A stretch of 64,000 bases of DNA, from NCBI GenBank assembly GCA_030059675.1, contig JANVYQ010000004.1:96001-160000 (forward strand). The letters run 5' to 3'. Source of the stretch: Candidatus Pelearchaeum maunauluense (GTDB taxonomy: Archaea; Thermoproteota; Nitrososphaeria_A; Caldarchaeales; Caldarchaeaceae). Below, one piece after another: positions 54,904 through 64,000 of the stretch (positions are counted from its first letter, which is position 1; the number at the start of each line of letters is the position of its first letter). The notes under the pieces were generated by a model. The model was not told the origin of the DNA and searched no databases. It worked only from the letters and a program-made list of their open reading frames with translations. The position numbers and the translations under genes are program-made.

Positions 54904-56487
54904 ATGGAAGAGCAGCCTGCAAAACAGCTTTTAATACAGGCTCTAGAGAGCCATAACGTTTCTGATAAGCTTGTTTTAGCCTTTTTGGAGGAGCTGGGCA
55001 GAAGCCCAGAGATTTTCGCTGTCGTAAAGGATTTTGAGCCGCTGATAGACGCGTCAGAGAGCGTAGCCAACGGCCAAAAGTATAGAATAACTATGGTAGA
55101 TGAGGAGGTCTTCAGACGTGATGTTGAAGAGTTTGCCCTAGCAGAGATAATGGCCAGCAAGCTACTCCTATCCTACACACCGCTAATCAACGCAGACGAG
55201 ACTGAGCGCTACGGACTAACATATAGGTCTAGGATAATCGTTGAACTTCTCAAATCGCTGGTGGCTGAGCATAAATTAGCTGCCCTCGCATTAAGGATAA
55301 AGCCAGCGTACTTTCTGTATGAGAAGTTGAAACGCTTCGCAGCGGTATTCCCGCCAGCCAGATATAGGATATGGAGGGCTCTCCGAACAAACGTGGTAAA
55401 AAACGCGATAAACCGCTTCGTTGAAGCCGCCCACACCTTGGTTGAAGCTGGAATAATGGAGCGCGACGGTGAGTTCTTTAGAATAACCAGGCAGGGATAC
55501 GACTCTCTACATGAGCATCGCCTAATAGATGTGCGGAAGCTTGAGGACACGTTGAGAAACTATCTCTCGTGGCCCTTCCTGACTAAGGCGGCTGTAAAAG
55601 TCTTCCTAGAGCAGGTCTCACAAACTATTCAGTCGTCCAAGTTTTCCGACGAGCTAAAGCTGCCCGACCCATCCTCATACATTTACATGCAGACATCGAA
55701 GGGGTTGCAGCCCTTAAGCGAGCAGCACGATATCATGGACTTGGCTAAGTATCTCTATGGGGATTGTCGGGCTGAGATAAGCCATATAGGGGGAGCGCTA
55801 AACTCCACATACCTCCTGAAGGTCTATACGCAGCATGGAGAGTCAATCAAGATATTTGTGAAGAAGTATCTAAACTGGACTGATGTAAAATGGATAATCG
55901 CGAGAGTATGGACGCTTGGTGTAAAGAACTTCTCGCTAAGCTCTGGCTCGCGTATGGCTAATGAGATATACTTCATAGACCTACTGAAAAACTATGGATT
56001 CAACACTGCTGAGATACTTCACGTAAACTGGAGAAGGAGAATACTTTTCCTAAACTATGTGGAAGGCATTAACCTTCTTGATGCTTGGATAAAGTCAATA
56101 GAAGGGCGTGAGAGGTTTGCTTTTGATGTGGGTAGATGCCTTGCTGAGATACACGCGCACGACATAACCATAGGGGACTGCAAGCCCGAGGTATTCATCA
56201 AGACCAGCGGCTCGGAAATCTACATAACCGACTTGGAGCAGGCATCGTTGCACGGCGATAAAGCGTGGGACGTGATGGAGATAATCTTCTATCCAGGTCA
56301 TTACCTAGATGTTAAAGAAGCTCAGGCCGTTGCTTCTGCGATAGTTGAGGGATACCTAACTCTGGGTGATATGAAAATAATACAAGAAGCGCTTAAGGCT
56401 AAGTATATCAGGACTCTAACTCCATGGACTCCTGTGTGGGTTCAGCGTTCAATTATTGAGGCCGTCAAGCCTCTTTTAAGAGCCTGA
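54904..56487 (+). CDS. Protein with C-terminal protein-kinase-like domain
   Basis: IFVKKY, NE, GDCKPE, DLEQA, AWD. Confidence 0.75.
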   Translation: MEEQPAKQLLIQALESHNVSDKLVLAFLEELGRSPEIFAVVKDFEPLIDASESVANGQKYRITMVDEEVFRRDVEEFALAEIMASKLLLSYTPLINADETERYGLTYRSRIIVELLKSLVAEHKLAALALRIKPAYFLYEKLKRFAAVFPPARYRIWRALRTNVVKNAINRFVEAAHTLVEAGIMERDGEFFRITRQGYDSLHEHRLIDVRKLEDTLRNYLSWPFLTKAAVKVFLEQVSQTIQSSKFSDELKLPDPSSYIYMQTSKGLQPLSEQHDIMDLAKYLYGDCRAEISHIGGALNSTYLLKVYTQHGESIKIFVKKYLNWTDVKWIIARVWTLGVKNFSLSSGSRMANEIYFIDLLKNYGFNTAEILHVNWRRRILFLNYVEGINLLDAWIKSIEGRERFAFDVGRCLAEIHAHDITIGDCKPEVFIKTSGSEIYITDLEQASLHGDKAWDVMEIIFYPGHYLDVKEAQAVASAIVEGYLTLGDMKIIQEALKAKYIRTLTPWTPVWVQRSIIEAVKPLLRA

Positions 56488-57511
56488 TATACTCGCGGCC
56501 CATCGCCGCTTGTGAGCCTATTAGAATGTTGAGATACTCTTTGTCTTGACGCCTGTCTTTCACTAGTTCAATCTTGCCCAATACTTCAACAACATCTCCG
56601 GCGTGAAACAGTGAGGAGAATGTGGTATCGTAGCATGTTAGCGTCTTGATTTCAACCCGTCTCCCTCCTATCTTCTCTTCTCCCTCCACCTCATATACGG
56701 CTGGTGTAAAGCAAGAATCCTTGGAATTGATGATGGTTAGCTTGGTTTTTGCTACGCCCATGCTCTTATAGAGCTTATCCCCATACCTCTCCGTTATCTC
56801 CTCCACAAACTTTACAGCATGTACCGAGTATAGAGTGCCGCTTACTATCCCCCTGTTCCTGAGCCGCGAAGCCAGTAGCTGAGCATCTTCCAGCGTTAGC
56901 GGGTAGCGTTTTAGTAGAGACTTGGTAAAGGCTGAGACTATAGATTCCCTATCATGCTGGCTTTGCAGCTCGTTTATTCCCGATGCTATGCGCCAAAAGT
57001 TATCTCCACCATACACTATTAGGTCTATATCCGCGTGCGGGTTGTGGAGCCCGACTAAGAGAGAGCCCGTCAAGCCTAGGAACTCCCTTCTAACGTCTAA
57101 GCTGGATTCAAGAATGTTTGCTAACTCCCTGCATTTCGCCGAGAAATAAAAGTCGTTGTTTTCTAATATCTCGGAAAAACGTTCCTCACACCTATAATGT
57201 CTCTCAACGGCTCCGAGTGGTATGTATGTGAATGTCTCCCCTATCGTCTCGTCATAATGCACGTATCTCTGATTCACCTTCTTAAGAAGGTCTATTGAAT
57301 ATACGATCTCTTCCATAGTGTAGCTCTTCACAACACGCGTATAGCGCTGGCCGTCGCGCGACCATTTACCATCTCCAGGCATATACTTGAGGAATGCCAT
57401 CACCCGTCCTGGGGGGTGGTTATCAGATACTACGCAGAATATCCAGCCTTCAGGGGTTTCTATATAGTCGTGGTCGCGATACTCGTGGTCTTGGTCTCTA
57501 ATGGTTGGCAT
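56465..57511 (-). CDS. Archaeal nucleotidyltransferase (COG1665-like)
   Basis: HPPGR, GLTGSLLVGL...ADIDLIVYG, FTPAVY. Confidence 0.8.
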   Translation of the reverse strand: MPTIRDQDHEYRDHDYIETPEGWIFCVVSDNHPPGRVMAFLKYMPGDGKWSRDGQRYTRVVKSYTMEEIVYSIDLLKKVNQRYVHYDETIGETFTYIPLGAVERHYRCEERFSEILENNDFYFSAKCRELANILESSLDVRREFLGLTGSLLVGLHNPHADIDLIVYGGDNFWRIASGINELQSQHDRESIVSAFTKSLLKRYPLTLEDAQLLASRLRNRGIVSGTLYSVHAVKFVEEITERYGDKLYKSMGVAKTKLTIINSKDSCFTPAVYEVEGEEKIGGRRVEIKTLTCYDTTFSSLFHAGDVVEVLGKIELVKDRRQDKEYLNILIGSQAAMGREYIRLLKEA

Positions 57512-58511
57512 GTTTGTCGTCTCGCTCCGTGTTTTGGGGGAGAATATAGTCATGAGGCTCGTTGCCCACGAATATACGGTAGTAGTGGGTGTTTGGCAGG
57601 ATTACTTTCTCAAGTCGGCCACATACCTTGATTGTCTCACCACGCCTACCCATCTCGGCGAACCTACTCCTCATAGAAATCACCTCGCGGACGTTCCATA
57701 ACCCGCTCAGCCTGGAGCTGGCCGATAAAACCTCCACGCCCAGGCGGTTGGGCGTGAATACCCCGAAAGCATCGTCTAAAACCCTGAACAGCCCAACAGC
57801 TACGCCAAGGCTTATGCAACGCCTATCCCCATACCTCTCCCAATACTCACCTAGCTTGGGGACGAGCTTCATCGTGTATAGTCTCCCATTAAAATAACCT
57901 GTAAGAAGCTTCCGTCTCTCATGCTTCCTCCAATCTTCCGCTGTGAGTAGCGTATCTCTGCGGCTTGATAGTAGGCGGGGCGGCGGGCTGTTTATGGGTT
58001 TGGTCTCTCCCCTAGAGCGCATCTCCAGCAAGGCGCGCAGCACAGCACGGCTCTCTTCAACGCCATAAACCACCAAATCCATGTCTGAGCCTGCATCAGC
58101 GAGTCCTAAGAGAATGGAGCCGCTTAGCCCTAGCTCAACATGAGAGCCAGCGTAGTCGGTTATTGCTAATATGAACCGCCGCGCATCCCTAGCAAGCCCG
58201 CGCGGCACGCTGGATGGAATCTCGGTGGATGGTCTTATGTATCTCCTGACCGCGTAAGCGGGTATTGCTGGGATTGTCTGGCCAGCATACTCGTCATAAA
58301 CCAGGTAGCCAGGCCTGCGCTGCCTCATGAAGTCCATCATCTCTTGAAATCCTTCAAGCTTGACATAGCCTGCGCCGCTCCTGACGTATTTCGGGACTGC
58401 CACAACCCTCCCAGGGGGATGCACTAAGCCCTTGACAGCATATATGTCGCCGTGCTCATCCAGTATAAAGCCGCCCTCCATGGGGGACTCTTCCAGCATC
58501 CATCGGAACAA
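57498..58511 (-). CDS. Archaeal nucleotidyltransferase (COG1665-like), tandem paralog
   Basis: KGLVHPPGR, GLSGSILLGL...SDMDLVVYG, FTP. Confidence 0.8.
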   Translation of the reverse strand: MFRWMLEESPMEGGFILDEHGDIYAVKGLVHPPGRVVAVPKYVRSGAGYVKLEGFQEMMDFMRQRRPGYLVYDEYAGQTIPAIPAYAVRRYIRPSTEIPSSVPRGLARDARRFILAITDYAGSHVELGLSGSILLGLADAGSDMDLVVYGVEESRAVLRALLEMRSRGETKPINSPPPRLLSSRRDTLLTAEDWRKHERRKLLTGYFNGRLYTMKLVPKLGEYWERYGDRRCISLGVAVGLFRVLDDAFGVFTPNRLGVEVLSASSRLSGLWNVREVISMRSRFAEMGRRGETIKVCGRLEKVILPNTHYYRIFVGNEPHDYILPQNTERDDKHANH

Positions 58512-58562
58512 GCGCCCAAGAGCATTAAAACCTTATAGATTCTCACTAAACCGTTAGAATAC

Positions 58563-58877
58563 ATGACGCAGGATTTCCTAACATCATTTTTGGGGCTAAT
58601 CTCGTCAGCGGATACGCTAACTCAGCAGGTCATACTATTCTTCATAGCCGTAGTTATAGGATTCTTGCTCGCTAAGGCCTTGAAGGTTTTGATAGTTGTG
58701 GGGCTCGTGATCCTTATAGGCTATTACTTCGGCTTCATAACCATAAACCGCGAGAAGCTAGAAGCCCTAGCCACCCAATACGGCTCCCAGATACTACACG
58801 GCACCCTCCTAGCTACGTCATCGGCAATACTGGTGGTAGGGCTCTTGATAGGCTTCGTGGTAGGCATGCTTAAGTGA
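58563..58877 (+). CDS. Small membrane protein, FUN14-like
   Basis: IGFLLAKALK...GFITIN pattern with three hydrophobic segments. Confidence 0.6.
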   Translation: MTQDFLTSFLGLISSADTLTQQVILFFIAVVIGFLLAKALKVLIVVGLVILIGYYFGFITINREKLEALATQYGSQILHGTLLATSSAILVVGLLIGFVVGMLK

Positions 58878-58926
58878 TGGAAGAAGCTAAGAACGCTGTA
58901 GCCCCAACAGGAGGTTAAGAAGGGAG

Positions 58927-60261
58927 TTGTCCCAGCTCCAAGGCTACGCGGGCAAGGCAAAACAGTTGTTGGAGAAAGCTGGCGTAAAGATAGGCGATGA
59001 AATCAAGGTGGTGAGCGGAAAAGGGGAGATTCGCGGTATTCTAATGGCGCGCTACGAGCTCGCAGACCCAGATTATATCGTGATAAAGCTCAAGAACGGA
59101 TACAACGTGGGCATAAGGGTTGTTGATGGCGTGAAGGTGGAGAAGATAGCAGACGCGGAGGCCCCAGCATTCAGGCCGCCTCCGCCGCCAGCGATGAAGC
59201 CAGACCTGCCGCGTGTGACTATAGTGAGCACAGGCGGAACAATAGCAAGCCGCGTGGATTATAGGACAGGCGGGGTTAGGGCAGCGCTCTCCGCGTCAGA
59301 CCTATTAAGCATGGTCCCAGAGCTAGCAGACATAGCGCAAATCTCGGCAGAAATACTCTTCAGCGTATACAGCGAGAACCTAACCATAAGCCACTGGAGG
59401 GCTATGGCTGAAAAGGTTAACAACCTAATACGGAGCGGGGAGGATGGTGTCGTTATAGCTCATGGCACCGACACGATGGGATACACGGCGGCCGCGCTTA
59501 GCTTCGCCCTCCAAAACCCGCCCATACCAGTGGTTCTAGTAGGCGCCCAGCGCTCCTCGGACAGGCCGTCAAGCGACGCTGCGACCAACCTGATAGCAGC
59601 CGTTGATACGGCCGCAAACGCGCCGTTTGGAGAGGTGGTGGTATGCATGCATAAGTGGCATTCCGACGACACCATAGCTATACACCGAGGCGTGCGCGTG
59701 GTAAAGCTTCACACAAGCAGTAGGGACGCGTTCAAGAGCGTAAACGCCGAGCCCCTGGCTTTCAGGACAAAGGCCGGGCTTGTTCTCAACGATAGCCGCT
59801 TCAACAAGCGGGGCGGCGATAACTACCAGTTCTCCCCAACATTTGACGACCGCGCCATGCTGGTCAAATTCTACCCAGGGATGCCGCCTGAGACGCTCCA
59901 AATACTTAGGGAGAAGTTGCGGATACGTGGGTTTATACTAGAGGGAACCGGGCTTGGGCATGTAAGCTCCAGCTTCATCCCAGTAGCGCGGCAGCTGGTG
60001 GAGGAAGGAGTGTTCATAGGCATGACATCGCAGTGTAAGTTTGGGAGAGTGAATATGCACGTCTATGATAATGGCCGTGATTTGATGCGTGCTGGGATAA
60101 CACCGCTTGACGACATGCTCGCTGAGACTGCCCTCGTCAAGCTTATGTGGTCTTTGGGAAAGCTGGGCGAGAACGCTGATAGGGAAGCGGTGGAAGAGAT
60201 TATGACCAAGAACCTAGTGGGCGAGATGAACAACAGGTCCCTGCCTACTGGGTGGTGTTGA
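58927..60261 (+). CDS. gatD: Glu-tRNA(Gln) amidotransferase subunit D
   Basis: KLKNGYNVG, TGGTIASRVDY, HGTDT, QRSSDRPSSD. Confidence 0.96.
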   Translation: MSQLQGYAGKAKQLLEKAGVKIGDEIKVVSGKGEIRGILMARYELADPDYIVIKLKNGYNVGIRVVDGVKVEKIADAEAPAFRPPPPPAMKPDLPRVTIVSTGGTIASRVDYRTGGVRAALSASDLLSMVPELADIAQISAEILFSVYSENLTISHWRAMAEKVNNLIRSGEDGVVIAHGTDTMGYTAAALSFALQNPPIPVVLVGAQRSSDRPSSDAATNLIAAVDTAANAPFGEVVVCMHKWHSDDTIAIHRGVRVVKLHTSSRDAFKSVNAEPLAFRTKAGLVLNDSRFNKRGGDNYQFSPTFDDRAMLVKFYPGMPPETLQILREKLRIRGFILEGTGLGHVSSSFIPVARQLVEEGVFIGMTSQCKFGRVNMHVYDNGRDLMRAGITPLDDMLAETALVKLMWSLGKLGENADREAVEEIMTKNLVGEMNNRSLPTGWC

Positions 60262-60262
60262 T

Positions 60263-62161
60263 GTGATAGACTATAAGGAGGTTGGCTTAAAGGTCGGGCT
60301 TGAGGTCCACCGCCAGCTAGACACGTCAAAGAAGCTCTTCTGCGACTGTCCCACGGAGGCTGTGGAGGGAGGCAGGGTTATTGAGTTCCGCAGATACTTG
60401 AGGGAAGCCCAGAGCGAGCTGGGAAGGGTGGACCCAGCAGCCCTCTTTGAGGCCAAGAAGCGGAAGGAGATAATCTACCAAGCTAACACTGGTAATGTCT
60501 GTCTTGTTGAGATGGATGAGGAGCCGCCCCACCCAATAAACAGGGAGGCTGTGGAGGTTGCTCTAATCGCAAGCCTCCTCATGGGCGCGACGCCCGTTGA
60601 TGAGGTTCATGTAATGCGGAAGATTGTCATAGACGGCTCCAACACTACCGGCTTTCAGAGGACGTGCATAATAGCTGTGGGTGGTTCTGTAAGGGCTGGA
60701 GAGAAAGAGATACCCATACAGACCATCACGCTGGAGGAGGATGCTGCGCGTATAGTTGAGGCGCGGCGGAGGGAAGCTGTGTATGACCTCTCCCGTCTAG
60801 GCGTCCCGCTCATAGAGATATCCACAGCACCCGTGATACAGTCGCCAGAGGAGGCTGTGAAGGCTGCCAAGGCGATAGGCGATATACTGCGGGCAACTGG
60901 GAAGGTGAAGCGGGGTCTCGGCACGGTGAGGCAAGACTTGAACATCTCAATAAGCGGTGGAGCGCTAATGGAGATTAAAGGAGTTCAGGAGCTAGACCTT
61001 ATAGCGAAGGTGGTGGAGAACGAGGTTAAGCGGCAGCTCCACCTCCTAGAAATAGCCGAGGAGCTGCGGAGACGCGGGGTCAGAGAATCCGACCTGGCCT
61101 TCAACCCCGTTGATGTTACCGAGGTCTTCCGCAATACCAGCTCTAAGGTCGTCAAACGTAAGCTCGCCGAGTCTGCGCATGTCTTTGCACTACGCCTGCC
61201 AGGGTTTGCTGGCTTCCTATCGCTGGAGAAATGGCCTGGCATAAGGCTCGGCGCAGAGCTGGCTGCCCATGCGAAGGCCTGGGGAGATGTTGAGGGAATA
61301 TTCCATACCGACGAGCTTCCAGCATATGGAATCTCACCCGAGGAAGTGGAAGGGGTCAAAAAAGCCCTGGAATGCGGCGGGGATGATGCAGCCGTACTAG
61401 TGGTGAGCGACGAGCACTCGGCGATAGAGGCGCTTAGGGCTGTGCTGGAACGCGCGAAAGAGGCAATTAGAGGAGTTCCCGAAGAGACCAGAGCTGCACG
61501 CCCAGATGGGACGACAACATACATGAGACCAAGGCCAGGCGCCGCGCGTATGTATCCAGAGACGGACATACCCCCCATGACAATCACGCAAGAATACATA
61601 GAGAGCCTACGCCGCAAACTGCCTCCAACCCTAGAAGAGACCGCGAAGAGATTACAGCAGAAATACAACCTAAGCAGGCAGTTAATTCAGCAGCTCATAG
61701 ACCAAGAGGTCAACGATATCTTTGAACATATTGTTGAGAAGTATGGTGTGCAGCCGTCGGTGGTTGCTGCTACGCTTACAGAGACTCTAACGAGCCTACG
61801 CCGCGAGGGTGTGGCTGTTGATGAGCTGCCAACCAGCCTGTTTGATGAGCTCTTCCAACTCTTGAAGGAGGGCGTCTTCGCCAAAGAAGCTATACGGGAC
61901 ATACTCGCGTGGGTTGCGGCAAACCGCGGCAAGTCAGTAGTAGATGCGGTTAACGCGCTTAATGTGCGTGCCCCCTCGCGCGAAGAGCTGGAAAAGACAA
62001 TAGACGAGCTTATCGCGAAGAATCAGGACATGCTTAATGATAAGAAGATAGTGAGTAGGCTTATGGGTGATTTGATGAAAGTTTATCGGGGGCGTGTTGA
62101 CGGGGCTGTTCTCAATAAGTTGTTGATGGAGCGTATAGAGGCTGCTAGAGCACGTGGCTGA
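60263..62161 (+). CDS. gatE: Glu-tRNA(Gln) amidotransferase subunit E
   Basis: GLEVHRQL, DEEPPH, DGSNTTGFQRT, RPGAARMYPETD. Confidence 0.96.
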   Translation: MIDYKEVGLKVGLEVHRQLDTSKKLFCDCPTEAVEGGRVIEFRRYLREAQSELGRVDPAALFEAKKRKEIIYQANTGNVCLVEMDEEPPHPINREAVEVALIASLLMGATPVDEVHVMRKIVIDGSNTTGFQRTCIIAVGGSVRAGEKEIPIQTITLEEDAARIVEARRREAVYDLSRLGVPLIEISTAPVIQSPEEAVKAAKAIGDILRATGKVKRGLGTVRQDLNISISGGALMEIKGVQELDLIAKVVENEVKRQLHLLEIAEELRRRGVRESDLAFNPVDVTEVFRNTSSKVVKRKLAESAHVFALRLPGFAGFLSLEKWPGIRLGAELAAHAKAWGDVEGIFHTDELPAYGISPEEVEGVKKALECGGDDAAVLVVSDEHSAIEALRAVLERAKEAIRGVPEETRAARPDGTTTYMRPRPGAARMYPETDIPPMTITQEYIESLRRKLPPTLEETAKRLQQKYNLSRQLIQQLIDQEVNDIFEHIVEKYGVQPSVVAATLTETLTSLRREGVAVDELPTSLFDELFQLLKEGVFAKEAIRDILAWVAANRGKSVVDAVNALNVRAPSREELEKTIDELIAKNQDMLNDKKIVSRLMGDLMKVYRGRVDGAVLNKLLMERIEAARARG

Positions 62162-63926
62162 GCGATTGCAGGAGCAGCTCCTCGTTATTTGGTGTCTTAA
62201 GGAAGACTGGGACGTTCTTCTGCTTAGTGGCCTTGTAGGAGACGAAGAGCCACTCACCCGTGTCAAGCTCCGTAGTTCGCTCAACTACGCCATAGCTGAG
62301 CGAGAAAGCATCTGCTATAACCATCCTATCGTAGAAGCGCGGCAAGGTGCTTACAAAATAGCTGTGGAGCTGCTGTAGAGCATTAACGTTAAGATGAGCA
62401 ACACGCTGGGTAGCAAGCCAGCAGTGCGCCCTATACTTACGCCCCTGCCTCAAAAGAGCCTCAACCGACTTGTTGGAGCTAGCCGAGTAGTCAGCATCCT
62501 TAGCCCTATCAGGAATATACTCATGAGCCTCGTCAAGGACAACAAGCACCTTCCTCCTAGCGCCGCGCGTCTTCTTAAGAAGTAGAAGACTATCTATAAA
62601 GCGTGAAGTAGCAAGACGCGCAGTATCAGGCTCGGGAAGGTAGCATATAACGAGCTGCTCCGCCTCTCCAGAAAGAACATACTGGGCAAGCCCCTCAGGC
62701 GTCATTACCTTTCTCTCAGAACCGCCGCGAGAGGGAGCCATCTCATCAATTTTCTCTATGTAATTCAATAGTGCGGATACCTCTCCATAGAGGCTTGAAC
62801 GATCATTAACGGTGTTCTTAGCCTCTCTAAGAACGTCTGCTAATATGGCGAGGTCTCTCTCCGAGAGTTCATGTAATGGAGTATTCTCGCTATAGCGATT
62901 ATCGTTTAACAACTTATTCTGTATGTGATTCATTATCATAAGGGCTTGTGTTTTGCCAGATTTGCCTTCGCTCCAAATACTCTGCAGGACTTGGAGTATA
63001 TGTTCTATTGTAAATATTCCCCTCCCTCTGCTTTCTTTGGTTAGAAGCTTGATTTTATCTTGTCTAAATAATGCTCTGGCTATCTGTTCCAGCTTATCAT
63101 TACCTAGCTTGTCTTCAAGTGTTTCTGGTACTGTCTGGGAGTTTAGGAATCGTTCAACATCTTCTTCATAGTTTTCTGTTGAGTAAAAGACGCCGCTCTC
63201 TAGTAGGATGTCCGCTAGGTGTATAGCGTATTCGCCTGCGATATCTAGTATAACCACCCGCAGGTCTGGGATTGCCCTCCACGCCTGCCTCAGTAGGTAT
63301 GATGTCAGGTTGGACTTGCCTGAACCCGTGAAGCCGAAAACCCCTGTGTGATACCTAACTAGGCTCTCCATGTCTATTGTGAGGGGCATGTTGAAGCCGA
63401 GTAAAGTGCCAGCCACAGCGCCCCCATCACGGCATAGGAACTTCCTCACAGCATAGCTTGAGAGGAGACGCGCGGGAGAGCCTATGAGCGGGACAAGCTC
63501 AGACCTACTAAATACTGGCTCACCATCCTCGGTGAGGTCCATCCTGTACCTAGTTGGAACAGCTATGACGTCAATCCAAGTCTCGTCGCTCCCCTCCCAG
63601 CTTGAGTGAATCGTCTCCAGATACTCGCGCCTAATCACGGTTGGCATAGCAACATCCATGCCGAGCATCTGGAAGTGCATCGGCTTAACACCCACAACCT
63701 CATAAACCAGGTATGTCTTTCCATCTGTTGTTGGCCGTTCAATCGCCGCGAAACACGGCTCGTGTAGCCTGTCCAAGACATCCAGGTCAAATCTCACTTC
63801 TAGTATGGCTTCTGTGCTTAGTAGCATTACCTCGCCTTCCCTGGTTCTTGATGTCTTTGCAGATATCCTATGGTCTCTCAGCCTTGCCTGAAACTTACCA
63901 TCCAAATCATCAAACACGCTGCTCAA
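62145..63926 (-). CDS. HerA-like ATPase/helicase
   Basis: N-terminal HAS-like barrel, HTGVFGFTGSGKS, VLDEAHEY, RQGRKY, ATQR. Confidence 0.85.
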   Translation of the reverse strand: MSSVFDDLDGKFQARLRDHRISAKTSRTREGEVMLLSTEAILEVRFDLDVLDRLHEPCFAAIERPTTDGKTYLVYEVVGVKPMHFQMLGMDVAMPTVIRREYLETIHSSWEGSDETWIDVIAVPTRYRMDLTEDGEPVFSRSELVPLIGSPARLLSSYAVRKFLCRDGGAVAGTLLGFNMPLTIDMESLVRYHTGVFGFTGSGKSNLTSYLLRQAWRAIPDLRVVILDIAGEYAIHLADILLESGVFYSTENYEEDVERFLNSQTVPETLEDKLGNDKLEQIARALFRQDKIKLLTKESRGRGIFTIEHILQVLQSIWSEGKSGKTQALMIMNHIQNKLLNDNRYSENTPLHELSERDLAILADVLREAKNTVNDRSSLYGEVSALLNYIEKIDEMAPSRGGSERKVMTPEGLAQYVLSGEAEQLVICYLPEPDTARLATSRFIDSLLLLKKTRGARRKVLVVLDEAHEYIPDRAKDADYSASSNKSVEALLRQGRKYRAHCWLATQRVAHLNVNALQQLHSYFVSTLPRFYDRMVIADAFSLSYGVVERTTELDTGEWLFVSYKATKQKNVPVFLKTPNNEELLLQSLSHVL

Positions 63927-64000
63927 TACTCACCACCACGGGCAGCCCTAATCCTAGCATACTCGGCTTCAGCTCTAATATCGCGGAAGCGGCGCACAAT
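63923..64000 (-). CDS. C-terminus of upstream gene, possibly NurA-like nuclease (partial)
   Basis: IVRRFRDIRAEAEYARIRAARGGEY*; its stop overlaps the HerA-like start. Confidence 0.5.
   Translation of the reverse strand: MVRRFRDIRAEAEYARIRAARGGEY

Noticed and set aside
54825-55160. N-terminal extension of the TldE/PmbA ORF
   Set aside because: It is antisense to the kinase-like gene; an RBS and TTG at 54824 give a normal-length protein.
1-64000. Many antisense or alternate-frame ORFs in the track; CRISPR arrays, transposases, viral genes
   Set aside because: The shadow ORFs lie opposite well-supported genes and are Ser-rich artefacts. I saw no repeat-spacer periodicity or mobile-element motifs by eye.

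Overview
A gene-dense 64 kb segment of an archaeal chromosome, mostly housekeeping genes. Reverse gyrase points to a (hyper)thermophile. The combination of cdrS-ftsZ, ESCRT-III/Vps4 without an adjacent cdvA, an Rpn11-like JAMM protease, GatDE and S17e/S19e suggests a TACK lineage, most plausibly Aigarchaeota/Caldarchaeales-like (inference). It carries about 65 CDSs, two tRNA-Arg genes (one with a non-canonical 45/46 intron) and two candidate C/D-box sRNAs. I found no CRISPR array, transposase or provirus. The ORF track misses or truncates several genes: cdrS, secE, a 47-aa Zn-finger, the N-termini of rnp4 and rps17e, and a partial nurA. The strongest signal is a 34-nt bulge-helix-bulge-type intron inside the protein-coding mtnA gene; removing it restores the catalytic T-x-C-N-A-G motif. 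Other notable items are an Spt5 with a ~150-aa beta-sandwich insert, a wHTH-ATP-cone-degenerate-NrdD fusion behind a structured 5' leader, a ribophorin-I-like protein next to glycosylation genes, and a mevalonate-cluster thiolase lacking its catalytic Cys. All family assignments come from motifs recognised by eye; no database searches were run.
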